64,000 nt of DNA from Subdoligranulum sp. (GCA_014799685.1 JAAVHN010000018.1:85857-149856); one strand, 5' to 3'. Counted from the first letter of the stretch, positions 27,759-36,800 are shown. A program made the numbers and translations. Notes: generated by a model not told the origin, from the sequence alone.

Positions 27759-29935
27759 TGGAGGAAAAGGAAAAAACCGCCGTTAAAACCTACGCGGATT
27801 TAAAGCAGGCAATCGTGGATTCCGGCCGGCCCTACGATCATGACGCCATTGAGCGCGCCTATCTCATGGCCGAAAAGGCGCACGCGGGGCAAAAGCGCCT
27901 TTCGGGCGAGCTGTATGTCAGCCACCCCATCGCTGTGGCGTGCCTTGTCGTGGATCTCGGGCTGGACACCAACTCTGTGATCGCGGCACTTTTGCACGAC
28001 GTTGTCGAGGATACCGACATCACCTCGGACGACGTGCGCGCGGCGTTCGGCAGCGATGTGGCGCTGCTGGTGGACGGCGTGACAAAGCTCACGCAGATGA
28101 CGTTTTCCTCGGTGGAGGAGCAGCAGGCCGAGAACCTGCGCAAGATGCTGCTGGCGATGAGCCATGATGTGCGCGTGATGCTCATCAAGCTGTGCGACCG
28201 GCTGCACAACATGCGCACCGGCGATGGCTGGCCGGAGCAGAAGCGCCGCGACAAGGCGCTGGAGACGATGGAGGTCTACGCGCCCATCGCCCACCGCCTC
28301 GGCATGAGCAATGTCAAGGAGGAGCTGGAAGACCGCAGCCTGCGCTATCTCGACCCTGTCGGCTATCAGGACATCAACGACGCCCTCACCAAAAACGGCG
28401 CGGCCGATTCGTTCATCGCGGGCATCGCGGAAAAGATCCGCGAGCGGCTGGCGGAGCTTGGCATGGGCGACTGCACCATCAAAAAACGCGTAAAAAGCGT
28501 GTACGGCATCTACCGCAAGATGTATATGCAGAACCGCTCGTTTGAGGAAATTTACGATGTGTACGCCGTGCGCATCATCCTGAACACCGTCGGCGAATGC
28601 TACAACGCGCTGGGCGTCATCCACGATATGTACCACCCCATCCCCAGCCGCTTCAAGGATTATATCTCCACGCCAAAGCCCAACCTCTACAAATCGCTGC
28701 ACACGACGGTGATCGGGCACGAGGGCATCCCGTTCGAGGTACAGATCCGCACCTGGGAGATGGACCAGACCGCCGAATACGGCGTGGCCGCGCACTGGAA
28801 ATATAAGGCGGGCGTGAGCGCAAAGGATAAGTTGGACGACCGCATCGCGTGGGTACGCCAGCTGCTGGAGAGCCAGCGCGAGAGCGACGACGCGGGCGAT
28901 TTGCTGCACGAGATTAAAAGCGAGCTGCTGCCCGAGGACGTGTTCGCCTTTACGCCGCGGGGCGATGTCATCAACCTGCCCGCGGGCGCAACGGCCATCG
29001 ATTTTGCCTACGCCATCCATTCCGCCGTCGGCAACCGCATGGTGGGCGCCAAGGCGAACGGGCGCATCGTGCCCATCGATCACAAGGTTGCCACGGGCGA
29101 GATCATCGAGGTGATCACCGGCCCGCAGGACAAGGGCCCCAGCCGCGACTGGCTGAACATCGTCGCCACGAGCGAGGCGCGGAACAAAATCCGCAACTGG
29201 TTCAAAAAAGAGCGCAAGGAGGAGAACATCGCCGAGGGCAAGGCCGCGCTCGAAAAGGAGCTGCGGCGCAATTTAGTGACGATCCCGGCCGAAAAATACG
29301 ATGCGTTCATGGCGGATCTGGCCCGCCGCCAGCGCCTGAACACGCCCGAGGAGCTGTATGCCGCCATCGGCTACGGCGGGCTGCAGCTCTCGCGCCTGAT
29401 GATCAAGATCAAGGACGAGTATGCGCGCCTGCTGAAGGAAAAAGACCCCGCCGAGGTGCTGAGCGTCCCCATCAAAAAGCACAAGGCCAGCGAGGGCGTC
29501 ATCGTCGAGGGGCTTGATAACTGCGTGGTGAAATTTGCCAAGTGCTGCAATCCGCTGCCCGGCGACGACATCATCGGCTTTATCACGCGCGGCTTCGGCG
29601 TTTCGATCCACAAGCGCAGCTGCCCGAACGCGAGCAGCGGCCTTTTGGGCGAGGAGGCGCCCCGCTGGGTGAGCGCCCGCTGGGCGGACAGCGTGAAGGA
29701 GAGCTTTAAATCCTCGCTGGAGATCTCTGCGATGGACCGCGACGGCCTGATGGCCGACGTGGCGGTGCTCATCGCGGAAATGCACCTGCCGTGCTACGCC
29801 ATCTCGGCCCGGCAGCTGCCCGACGGCCGCGCCACCATGACGCTGACCATCGGCGTCAACAACACCGAGCACCTGAACACCGTCATCAGCCGGCTGCGCA
29901 AGATCAAGAGCATTACGAATATTAACAGGGTGTAG
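27758..29935 (+). CDS. relA: bifunctional (p)ppGpp synthetase/hydrolase RelA/SpoT homolog
   Basis: MEEKEKTAVKTYADL...HAGQKRLSGELYVSHPIAVA (HD), ...YRKMYMQNRSFEEIYDVYAVRII...YKSLHTTV (synthetase), then TGS and ACT-like C-terminal domains. The ATG overlaps the recJ TAA (TAATG). Confidence 0.93.
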   Translation: MEEKEKTAVKTYADLKQAIVDSGRPYDHDAIERAYLMAEKAHAGQKRLSGELYVSHPIAVACLVVDLGLDTNSVIAALLHDVVEDTDITSDDVRAAFGSDVALLVDGVTKLTQMTFSSVEEQQAENLRKMLLAMSHDVRVMLIKLCDRLHNMRTGDGWPEQKRRDKALETMEVYAPIAHRLGMSNVKEELEDRSLRYLDPVGYQDINDALTKNGAADSFIAGIAEKIRERLAELGMGDCTIKKRVKSVYGIYRKMYMQNRSFEEIYDVYAVRIILNTVGECYNALGVIHDMYHPIPSRFKDYISTPKPNLYKSLHTTVIGHEGIPFEVQIRTWEMDQTAEYGVAAHWKYKAGVSAKDKLDDRIAWVRQLLESQRESDDAGDLLHEIKSELLPEDVFAFTPRGDVINLPAGATAIDFAYAIHSAVGNRMVGAKANGRIVPIDHKVATGEIIEVITGPQDKGPSRDWLNIVATSEARNKIRNWFKKERKEENIAEGKAALEKELRRNLVTIPAEKYDAFMADLARRQRLNTPEELYAAIGYGGLQLSRLMIKIKDEYARLLKEKDPAEVLSVPIKKHKASEGVIVEGLDNCVVKFAKCCNPLPGDDIIGFITRGFGVSIHKRSCPNASSGLLGEEAPRWVSARWADSVKESFKSSLEISAMDRDGLMADVAVLIAEMHLPCYAISARQLPDGRATMTLTIGVNNTEHLNTVISRLRKIKSITNINRV

Positions 29936-29939
29936 GCGG

Positions 29940-29974
29940 AATTCACAATTCACAGTTCATAATTCATCATTGAT
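29940..29974. repeat. AT-rich heptanucleotide tandem repeat (AATTCAY-like, 5 units)
   Basis: AATTCAC AATTCAC AGTTCAT AATTCAT CATTGAT, starting 5 nt after the relA stop. A related AATTCAC AATTCAT AATGCAT lies on the minus strand at 18714-18734. Confidence 0.85.
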
Positions 29975-30090
29975 GCGGTGGAAATGCTTTTGGCTTTACA
30001 CGATAAGGGCGGTGTGGCTTTGGGTTTTGCGGGGTATTTCTGATTGGATCGGTGAAGCGATGAGCTGATGAAACAGCTGGGGGGATCCCT

Positions 30091-30741
30091 ATGAAAAAGA
30101 AGCGGGTTTTGTGGATCGGCTGCGGCATCGTTTTGGCCGTGGGTGTTCTTTTGGCCGCTTTGTTTTTCTTCGCGCTCGGCCGCGGCATCGACAGCCTCGC
30201 GGGCACCGTCGGCGGCTATTTCGAACGGGAGGAGGCCCGCAGCGCGCTTTACCAGAGCATTGTGGACGACGTGGCGGAAAGCGAGCCGCTGTTCGCAGGC
30301 GCCTCGCAGGCCGGCCTTGTCTACAGCTGGGGTGCGGAGACGCCGGACAAAACGAGGCCGAACTACTTCTTCCTCCCCGATTCCCTGCACGACGATTATT
30401 GCGCGTACTGGCTGGAGGGCGTCGACCCGTCCGCCCTGTATGAGGGCTATAACCAGGATCTGTGGGAAACCGGCGACCCTGTATTTTATGCGATCCACAT
30501 TTCCAAAACGACTTTCCCCTCCGACACCGATGTCGAGGGCATTCCGCTGAAGGCCGGCAAGGACTACTATTTTGTGGATATTTATGACAAGGCGATCTAT
30601 TACCGGTATGTTTCCCGCTATCAGGATGCGGAGCATTATACGGTCCTCTCCGAATTCCGCTGCTTCGAGTACGGCGCCGTCAAGAGCTGGCTCTATTATC
30701 AGGAAGACGGGGAATGGGTGAAGGAAGCGCTGCCGGAATAG
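30091..30741 (+). CDS. hypothetical membrane-anchored protein
   Basis: 216 aa. MKKKRVLWIGCGIVLAVGVLLAALFFFAL anchor, then an Asp/Tyr-rich soluble domain. RBS GGGGGGA. No family recognised. Confidence 0.6.
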   Translation: MKKKRVLWIGCGIVLAVGVLLAALFFFALGRGIDSLAGTVGGYFEREEARSALYQSIVDDVAESEPLFAGASQAGLVYSWGAETPDKTRPNYFFLPDSLHDDYCAYWLEGVDPSALYEGYNQDLWETGDPVFYAIHISKTTFPSDTDVEGIPLKAGKDYYFVDIYDKAIYYRYVSRYQDAEHYTVLSEFRCFEYGAVKSWLYYQEDGEWVKEALPE

Positions 30742-30909
30742 TGCGGGCGGTGCAAAAGGCGCCGGAGCTGTCCGGAACCTGTTTCTGACAGGCTTCGCCG
30801 ATATTCAGCGGCCGGCAAATCGGCAGCGATGCCGGGAGCGGCGATACAAAAGCAGACCCGGGCAGAACCCGGAAACAAACTTTGGAACAAATTTTGGGAG
30901 GTGACGCCC

Positions 30910-31365
30910 ATGCGCGCGGTGATCCAGCGTGTGAGCGGGGCGAGCGTTACGGTAAACGGCGGCGCGCCGCGCACCATCGGGCGGGGGCTTGTGATATTGC
31001 TGGGCGTGAAGGATACCGATACGCTCGCCATCTGCGAAAAGTTAGCGCAAAAGTGCGCCGGCCTGCGCATTTTTGACGATGCGGACGGCAAGCTGAACCT
31101 CTCGGCCGAGGAGCTGGGGCTGGAGGCGCTCGTGGTCTCGAACTTTACGCTGTACGGCGATACCAAAAAGGGCAAGCGGCCCAGCTTCATCGCCGCCGCA
31201 AAGCCGCCCCTCGCCGTCGACGCCTATGAATTGTTCGTGGCCGGGCTGCGCAAAACCGGCCTTTCCGGCGTACAGACGGGCGAATTCGGCGCCGAGATGC
31301 AGGTGACGCTCACCAACGACGGCCCCATCACCATCGTGATCGATACCGATGAATGGAAAAAATAA
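30910..31365 (+). CDS. dtd: D-aminoacyl-tRNA deacylase
   Basis: MRAVIQRVSGASVTVNGGAPRTIGRGLVILLGVKDTD...LVVSNFTLYGDTKKGKRPSF...MQVTLTNDGPITIVIDT. ATG 30910 follows GGGAGG. Confidence 0.92.
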   Translation: MRAVIQRVSGASVTVNGGAPRTIGRGLVILLGVKDTDTLAICEKLAQKCAGLRIFDDADGKLNLSAEELGLEALVVSNFTLYGDTKKGKRPSFIAAAKPPLAVDAYELFVAGLRKTGLSGVQTGEFGAEMQVTLTNDGPITIVIDTDEWKK

Positions 31366-31484
31366 CCGTTTTGCGGGCGCCGGTGCCGAAAGCCGGAAGC
31401 GGAACATACAGAATCGTGGAACGGAAACTGGATCCTGCACATGATCCACACGCCGGAACCCGTAAAAAATACGGAGGAACCAAC

Positions 31485-32072
31485 ATGAAAACCTATCACA
31501 TCCCCGCGGCCCCGCCGCTTCGCACCAATACGTTTTTGCTCATCGGCGAAAACGGCAAGGCCGCCGCCATCGACCCGAACGCAGACGCTGCGGAATATCT
31601 GCGCCTGTTAGAAGAGTACGGCGCGCAGCTGACGCACATCCTGCTCACACACGGCCACTACGACCATGTGGGCGCGGTGGAAGCGCTGCGCGAAAAAACG
31701 GGCGCCGGGGTGTGGCTGAACCCACAGGATACGGCGGGCGACAGGCTTTTCCCCTTTACAACGCCGGATCATGCCTATATCGACGGCGAGACCATCACCG
31801 TTGACACCGACCTTGCCTTTCAGGTGATCGCCACGCCCGGCCACAGCGCCGGTTCGGTGTGCCTTTTGTGCGGCGGGCTGCTCTTTTCCGGCGATACGCT
31901 CTTTGCATGCGATATCGGCCGCACGGATTTAGCCGGCGGCGACATGGACGCCATGCGCCAAAGCCTCGCAAAGCTCTGCAAGGCCGTGACGCAGGATGTG
32001 AAGGTGCTGCCCGGGCATGAGGAGTTCTCCACGATGGACTACGAAAAAGAGCACAACCCGTATCTGAAATAG
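31485..32072 (+). CDS. MBL-fold metallo-hydrolase (GloB-like)
   Basis: MKTYHIPAAPPLRTNTFLL...ILLTHGHYDHVGA (HxHxDH) ...TPGHSAGS...GDTLF...LPGHEE. ATG 31485 follows ACGGAGGA. Confidence 0.85.
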   Translation: MKTYHIPAAPPLRTNTFLLIGENGKAAAIDPNADAAEYLRLLEEYGAQLTHILLTHGHYDHVGAVEALREKTGAGVWLNPQDTAGDRLFPFTTPDHAYIDGETITVDTDLAFQVIATPGHSAGSVCLLCGGLLFSGDTLFACDIGRTDLAGGDMDAMRQSLAKLCKAVTQDVKVLPGHEEFSTMDYEKEHNPYLK

Positions 32073-32102
32073 CGTTTCGGGCTTAAAGGGAGGGACCATG
32101 CG

Positions 32103-32654
32103 TTGATCGTAAAGGACGACAGAGGGAACGAGCTGCTGGAAATCATTCGCACCAGAGAGAAAACAGCCGATACAACGTATGCACCGATCACGCACTGTCT
32201 TGCGGTTGTAAAAATCGGCTCCGATTATTTGCTGGGTTGGAACCGGTACCGGCAGGATTGGGAAATCTTTGGCGGATGCAGGGAAAACAAAGAGACGTTG
32301 ACGGAATGCATCCGGCGCGAATGCAAGGAAGAACTGGGCCTGCAAAATGTAGATTTTTCATGGATCGGCCTGATGCACTATCACATGGCGCCCGGCTATT
32401 TCCATCCGGAATGGCACGAGGAATACGGGGGACTCTATGGAATCAGCCTGCCCCCGGAAGCGATGGAGGCCATCGGTCGGGAGCGCATCGACAAAGAAGA
32501 AATTGAAAAACTGGCGTTTTACAGCGAAATAAAGGGAAAAGAAAAAATCGCAGCGATCGATGAAAAATTGCTTGAATATTGGGATCGGGGAATTTCCCTC
32601 GCACCCACTCCCCTCACCAAGTCTGAACACGAAGTTCTAAACTCGAAGCTCTAA
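32103..32654 (+). CDS. NUDIX hydrolase
   Basis: TTG start after AAAGGGAGGGA. Nudix box GGCRENKETLTECIRRECKEELGL (Gx5Ex7REUxEExGU). Visibly lower GC. The last roughly 11 codons and the stop lie inside the heptanucleotide repeat tract. Confidence 0.8.
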   Translation: MIVKDDRGNELLEIIRTREKTADTTYAPITHCLAVVKIGSDYLLGWNRYRQDWEIFGGCRENKETLTECIRRECKEELGLQNVDFSWIGLMHYHMAPGYFHPEWHEEYGGLYGISLPPEAMEAIGRERIDKEEIEKLAFYSEIKGKEKIAAIDEKLLEYWDRGISLAPTPLTKSEHEVLNSKL

Positions 32655-32725
32655 ACTCTGAACTCTAAGCTCTAAACTCTGAACTCTAAACTCTAAACTC
32701 TGAACTCTGAACTCTAATCTAAAAA
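32621..32725. repeat. heptanucleotide microsatellite (CTCTRAA)n, about 11 clean and 4 degenerate units
   Basis: CTCGAAG CTCTAAA CTCTGAA CTCTAAG CTCTAAA CTCTGAA CTCTAAA CTCTAAA CTCTGAA CTCTGAA CTCTAAT (32642-32718), with degenerate flanking units. It spans the Nudix stop codon and ends at the poly-A/poly-G RBS of hemZ. Confidence 0.95.
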
Positions 32726-32788
32726 GGGGGGTGCACTGCCATCGAGCTCTATCTTCGCGGCCTTGCCTCCGGCTATGAGCCGGAGCAC

Positions 32789-34243
32789 GTGACGCGCCTG
32801 TTTTTTCCGGATGCGCACCTGACAAGGCAATGGCCTTCCCACCGCGCCGATACCGTCGCCGTGCTGCGGAACAGGCATCGCCTTGTCTGTGCCGTGCGGC
32901 AGAACGGAAAATGCACTGTACGCATGCTGTCCACTGCGCCCGGCAGAGGAACGCTTCCCCGGGCGGCGGCTGTTTGTGCAACTGTCTCCGATGCCCGCGC
33001 GGAGGAATACGAAACCTGCCGCGCGCTGTTTTTGCTGCTGCGCAAGGTGACGGGCATCTGCCCGCCGTGGGGCATGCTCACCGGCGTGCGCCCCGTGCGC
33101 CTTGTGCGCGAGCGGCGGCAGCCGGGCGAATCGGACGAGGCGTTCGGCGCGCGGCTGCACGAAACGCACTTCGTCAGCGGCGAGAAATTCCGTCTTGCCG
33201 TGCGCACGGCTGCGAATCAGACCGAAGCCCTCGCGTACAATACCCCGCAAAGCTATAGCCTTTACATCTCCATTCCGTTCTGCCCCTCGCGGTGCAGCTA
33301 TTGCAGCTTCGTCTCGCGCACCACGGCCAGCTCCGGCCACCTGATCGAGCCCTATCTGCAAAACCTCTGCCGGGAGCTTGCAGCAATCAGCGCGCTGGCG
33401 CAGCGCAACCGTCTGAAGTTAGAGACGATTTACATCGGCGGCGGCACGCCCACGGCCATCTCCGCCGCGCAGCTGCGCGGGCTGATGCAGGCTGTGCAGG
33501 ACAATTTCGACGTGCCCGCGGTGCGCGAATACACGGTGGAGGCCGGCCGGCCCGACTGCACCACGCCCGAAAAGCTGGCCGTCATCAAGGAATACGGCGC
33601 GACGCGCGTTTCCATCAACCCGCAGACGCTGAACGATGCAGTGCTCACCGCCATCGGCCGCCGCCACACCGCGCAGGACATCTTAGATTGCTTCGCCGAG
33701 GCAAGGCGGCAGGGCCATGACAATATCAACATGGACCTGATCGCCGGGCTGCCGCACGATACGCCCGAGGGCTTTTTGCATACGCTGCACGGCGTGCTGG
33801 CGCTCGGCCCCGAGAACATCACCGTGCACACGCTCACGCTGAAGCGCGCGTCGAACCTTGTCATCGAGCACGCGCCAACGGATTACGGCGACGTTGCCCG
33901 CATGCTGCGCTCGTGCGCGCTGCTGGGCGAAAACGGCTACGAGCCGTATTACCTCTACCGCCAGAAGGGCACGCTGCAAAATTTGGAAAACACCGGGTAT
34001 ACAAAGCCCGGATTCGCCGGATTGTATAATATATTCATCATGGAGGAGGTGCACACGATCCTTTCCGCCGGGGCGGGCGGCTCCACAAAGCTGGTCGGCC
34101 CGGATGGCGCGATCCGGCGCATTTTCAATTACAAATATCCGACAGAGTACATCGAGCGCTTTGACACCGTGCAGGCGCGCAAACAGGGAGTTGATGATTT
34201 TTATGGGAAATACCGAGATTTGGATCCCCAAGCGTTTGGTTGA
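32789..34243 (+). CDS. hemZ: oxygen-independent coproporphyrinogen dehydrogenase-like radical SAM protein HemZ
   Basis: YSLYISIPFCPSRCSYCSF (CxxxCxxC), ...IYIGGGTPT...EAGRPD...SINPQT...NMDLIAGLP...YYLYRQK...NIFIMEE, colinear with Bacillus HemZ. 32789 is the first canonical (GTG) start, but HemZ-like sequence (IELYLRGLASGYEPEHVTRLFFP) continues in frame upstream to the stop at 32720-32722. Confidence 0.85.
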   Translation: MTRLFFPDAHLTRQWPSHRADTVAVLRNRHRLVCAVRQNGKCTVRMLSTAPGRGTLPRAAAVCATVSDARAEEYETCRALFLLLRKVTGICPPWGMLTGVRPVRLVRERRQPGESDEAFGARLHETHFVSGEKFRLAVRTAANQTEALAYNTPQSYSLYISIPFCPSRCSYCSFVSRTTASSGHLIEPYLQNLCRELAAISALAQRNRLKLETIYIGGGTPTAISAAQLRGLMQAVQDNFDVPAVREYTVEAGRPDCTTPEKLAVIKEYGATRVSINPQTLNDAVLTAIGRRHTAQDILDCFAEARRQGHDNINMDLIAGLPHDTPEGFLHTLHGVLALGPENITVHTLTLKRASNLVIEHAPTDYGDVARMLRSCALLGENGYEPYYLYRQKGTLQNLENTGYTKPGFAGLYNIFIMEEVHTILSAGAGGSTKLVGPDGAIRRIFNYKYPTEYIERFDTVQARKQGVDDFYGKYRDLDPQAFG

Positions 34244-35135
34244 AACGGGGCTTTTGAACCTTGCGGCCGCCGCGCCCGAGACGCTGGTGGCGTACTGCGA
34301 GCAGGATTATGCCGCGCGCATCGCCGACGCCGCGGCACAGATCGAGGCGAGCGGCGCGCATGTGGTGATGCTCACGGGCCCCTCGGCCTCCGGCAAAACC
34401 ACCACCGCACACAAGATCGCTGGTTGCATCGCTGCCCGCGGCAAGCGCAGCGTCGTCGTCTCGCTGGATAACTTCTATAAGGATGTAAAGGATTATCCGC
34501 TTCTGCCGGACGGCACCCCGGATTACGAAAGTGTCGACGCGCTGGACGTCGCCGAGATCAACAACTGCCTGCTCTCGCTTGTGGAGACGGGCAAGGCAGA
34601 AATCCCCGATTTCGATTTCAGCCGCGAGCAGCGGCGCCAGGGCGTGATCCCCATCGAGGTGGGCGACGGCGTTGTGGTGGTGGAGGGCATCCACGCGCTG
34701 AACCCGCGCCTGACGGCGCTTTTGCCCGAGGGCAGCGCCTTCAAAATCTATACCAGCATGCGCGAGGAGTATTCCGCGAACGGCCGGCGCGCCATCGCCA
34801 CGCGGGATATCCGCCTTGCGCGCCGCATGGTGCGCGACCACAAGTTCCGCGGCCACTCGCTGGAAAAGACGTTTTCCATGTGGCCGGCCGTTTGCGAGGG
34901 CGAGGATAAGAACATCAAGGTGTTCAAGCCCGAGGCCGATATGATTCTGGATACGAGCTTTTCCTACGAGGTGTGCTGCCTTGCGCCGTTCGTGGCCGAG
35001 CTGCGCGGCGGCCTTGCGCCCGATTCCCCCTATGCCGCCCAGTTGGAGGAGCTGTGCACACTGTTCGCGCTGTGCGCGCCCATCGCCGAATCGTACATGC
35101 CGCGCGATTCCATGCTGCGGGAATTCATCGGCTGA
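34194..35135 (+). CDS. uridine kinase family / nucleoside kinase-like P-loop protein
   Basis: ...VVMLTGPSASGKTTTAHKI (Walker A) ...VVVEGIHALNPRL...RDIRLARRMVRDHKFRGHS... The start is ATG 34194 or 34203 and overlaps the hemZ 3' end. Confidence 0.75.
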   Translation: MIFMGNTEIWIPKRLVETGLLNLAAAAPETLVAYCEQDYAARIADAAAQIEASGAHVVMLTGPSASGKTTTAHKIAGCIAARGKRSVVVSLDNFYKDVKDYPLLPDGTPDYESVDALDVAEINNCLLSLVETGKAEIPDFDFSREQRRQGVIPIEVGDGVVVVEGIHALNPRLTALLPEGSAFKIYTSMREEYSANGRRAIATRDIRLARRMVRDHKFRGHSLEKTFSMWPAVCEGEDKNIKVFKPEADMILDTSFSYEVCCLAPFVAELRGGLAPDSPYAAQLEELCTLFALCAPIAESYMPRDSMLREFIG

Positions 35136-35274
35136 AAATCAGACGGCGGACGCGGCCCGGCTTGACGCGAACCGCAGAGGCGGCCGCCGGGCCCCGCCCT
35201 CTCCCGATGGGAAAACAGCCGGACTTCTTTCCCGGCTGCCTTATAAAAATAAAAATGACAAGGAGATGCTGTAT

Positions 35275-35640
35275 ATGAACGCATTGGATCGCCTGGCGGA
35301 TGTCGCCGCCGTATGCGCAGACGCCGTGCTGCAAACCACCGGTGAGCTGGCGCAAAAGGGCAAACAGCAGGCCCAGCTGCTGAAGTTAGAACATCAGCTG
35401 AGCCGCGCGCAGCGCCAGCTGGGCGCGCTGGTATACACGCTGCGCAAAACAAACACGGAAAACGAAGCGCTCATCGCGCGCTATATCGACGCCATCGCGG
35501 ATCTGGAGGTGCAGATCGCCGGAATGCGCGTCAGGGAAACCGGCGCACCCGAGGAGGAAGACGCCGTATATTGCCCGCAGTGCGGCGCGCAGGTGCAGGC
35601 CGACGCCCTGTTCTGCCCCGCCTGCGGCGGAAAGCTGTAA
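35275..35640 (+). CDS. zinc-ribbon domain protein with coiled-coil N-terminus
   Basis: MNALDRLADVAAV...coiled coil...VYCPQCGAQVQADALFCPACGGKL. ATG 35275 lies 9 nt after AGGAG. Confidence 0.7.
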   Translation: MNALDRLADVAAVCADAVLQTTGELAQKGKQQAQLLKLEHQLSRAQRQLGALVYTLRKTNTENEALIARYIDAIADLEVQIAGMRVRETGAPEEEDAVYCPQCGAQVQADALFCPACGGKL

Positions 35641-35772
35641 AAAAGCCCGGGCGGCCGCGCCTGCCTTTGGGCCGGTTTCCCCTGCCCCGGCCAAAAAGCC
35701 GCCGTCAAAACAGCATCTTCATGCCGAAACCCGAAAAAAGCCCGAAAAACAGGCATTTTTTCAAAAAAATGC

Positions 35773-35801
35773 TTGCAATGCAGTGCGCTATCATGTAAAA
35801 T
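35773..35801 (+). promoter_or_regulatory. sigma-70-type promoter upstream of mazG
   Basis: TTGCAA (35773-35778), 17 nt, TAAAAT (35796-35801). Confidence 0.5.
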
Positions 35802-35837
35802 AGATAGGCAGGTTTTGGGAAAGGGTGTGGAAGCAGG

Positions 35838-36629
35838 GTGCAGGAGCTGATCGAACGCCTGCTCGCAAAAGAGCGCTATACGATGGGCGATCTGCGCGAT
35901 ATCGTCGCACTTCTGCGCGACCCGGACACCGGCTGCCCGTGGGATAAGGTGCAGACGCACGCCAGCATCCGCAAAAACTTCATTGAGGAAACCTACGAGG
36001 TGGCTGACGCCATCGACCTTGCTGACGCGCACCTTTTGTGCGAGGAGCTGGGCGACGTATTGCTTCAGGTGGCGCTGCACACGCAGATGGAAGCCGAGCA
36101 GGGCGCCTTCACGTTCGACGACGTGTGCACCGGCATCTGCAAAAAGCTGATTGCACGGCACCCGCACATTTTTGCGCAGAGCGATGCGCAGACCGAAACG
36201 CCGAAACGCACGCCGGACGAGGTGCTGGATACGTGGGAGCAGATCAAGCGCCGCGAAAAGCACCGCGAGGGGCTGGCGCAGGATCTCGCGAGCGTGCCGC
36301 GCGCGCTGCCCGCCCTGATGCGCGCCCAGAAGGTGGCCAAACGCGCGGCGGGGCACGGCGTTTCCCAGCCGGATACACAGGCCGCGCTGCAAGCGCTGGC
36401 AGATCGCGCAGCGGCGCTGCAAGCAGCCGCCGAGGAGGCCGCTGCCGCCAAGGCGGACAGCGCCGGTGCAAACGAGCAGCGCAGGCTGCTGGGCGAGGTG
36501 CTTTTTGCGGCCGCGGACGCCGCACGCTTTCTTGGCTGCGACGCCGAGGAGGCGCTGGGCGAGGCAACGGAGCGCTTTGCCGAACATCTGAAACGCATGG
36601 AACACCCCGACGCATCCGCCCCGGATTGA
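35838..36629 (+). CDS. mazG: nucleoside triphosphate pyrophosphohydrolase MazG
   Basis: GTG start. LRDPDTGCPWDKVQTHASIRKNFIEETYEVADAI...EELGDVLLQVALH...ARHPHIF, plus a second degenerate MazG repeat (LLGEVLFAAADAARFLGCDAEEAL). Confidence 0.9.
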   Translation: MQELIERLLAKERYTMGDLRDIVALLRDPDTGCPWDKVQTHASIRKNFIEETYEVADAIDLADAHLLCEELGDVLLQVALHTQMEAEQGAFTFDDVCTGICKKLIARHPHIFAQSDAQTETPKRTPDEVLDTWEQIKRREKHREGLAQDLASVPRALPALMRAQKVAKRAAGHGVSQPDTQAALQALADRAAALQAAAEEAAAAKADSAGANEQRRLLGEVLFAAADAARFLGCDAEEALGEATERFAEHLKRMEHPDASAPD

Positions 36630-36644
36630 ATGCCCGCAGCCGGG

Positions 36645-36800
36645 GCACACTGTATCCTGAAAGGGTACGTGAAAGATGCATCCCGAACGGGCCTCTGGAA
36701 CGAAGCATCCTGAAAGGGTGCTCGAAAAGAAACATCCCAAAGGGTACCCGGAAAGAAACACCCCTGAAAAGGGCACATCCCCAAGGGCTGCACACTGTAT
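36645..36800. repeat. tandem array of 5-6 degenerate 26-27-nt units, each a small hairpin with a GAAA-type loop, bounded by an 11-nt direct repeat
   Basis: Units: GTATCC-TGAAA-GGGTAC, GCATCC-CGAAC-GGGCC, GCATCC-TGAAA-GGGTGC, ACATCC-CAAA-GGGTAC, ACACCCC-TGAAAA-GGGCAC, CATCCC-CAA-GGGCTG. The ATCC cores fall at 36654, 36680, 36707, 36734, 36760 and 36777. GCACACTGTAT occurs at both ends (36645-36655 and 36790-36800). The array lies between mazG and hup. Confidence 0.8.
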
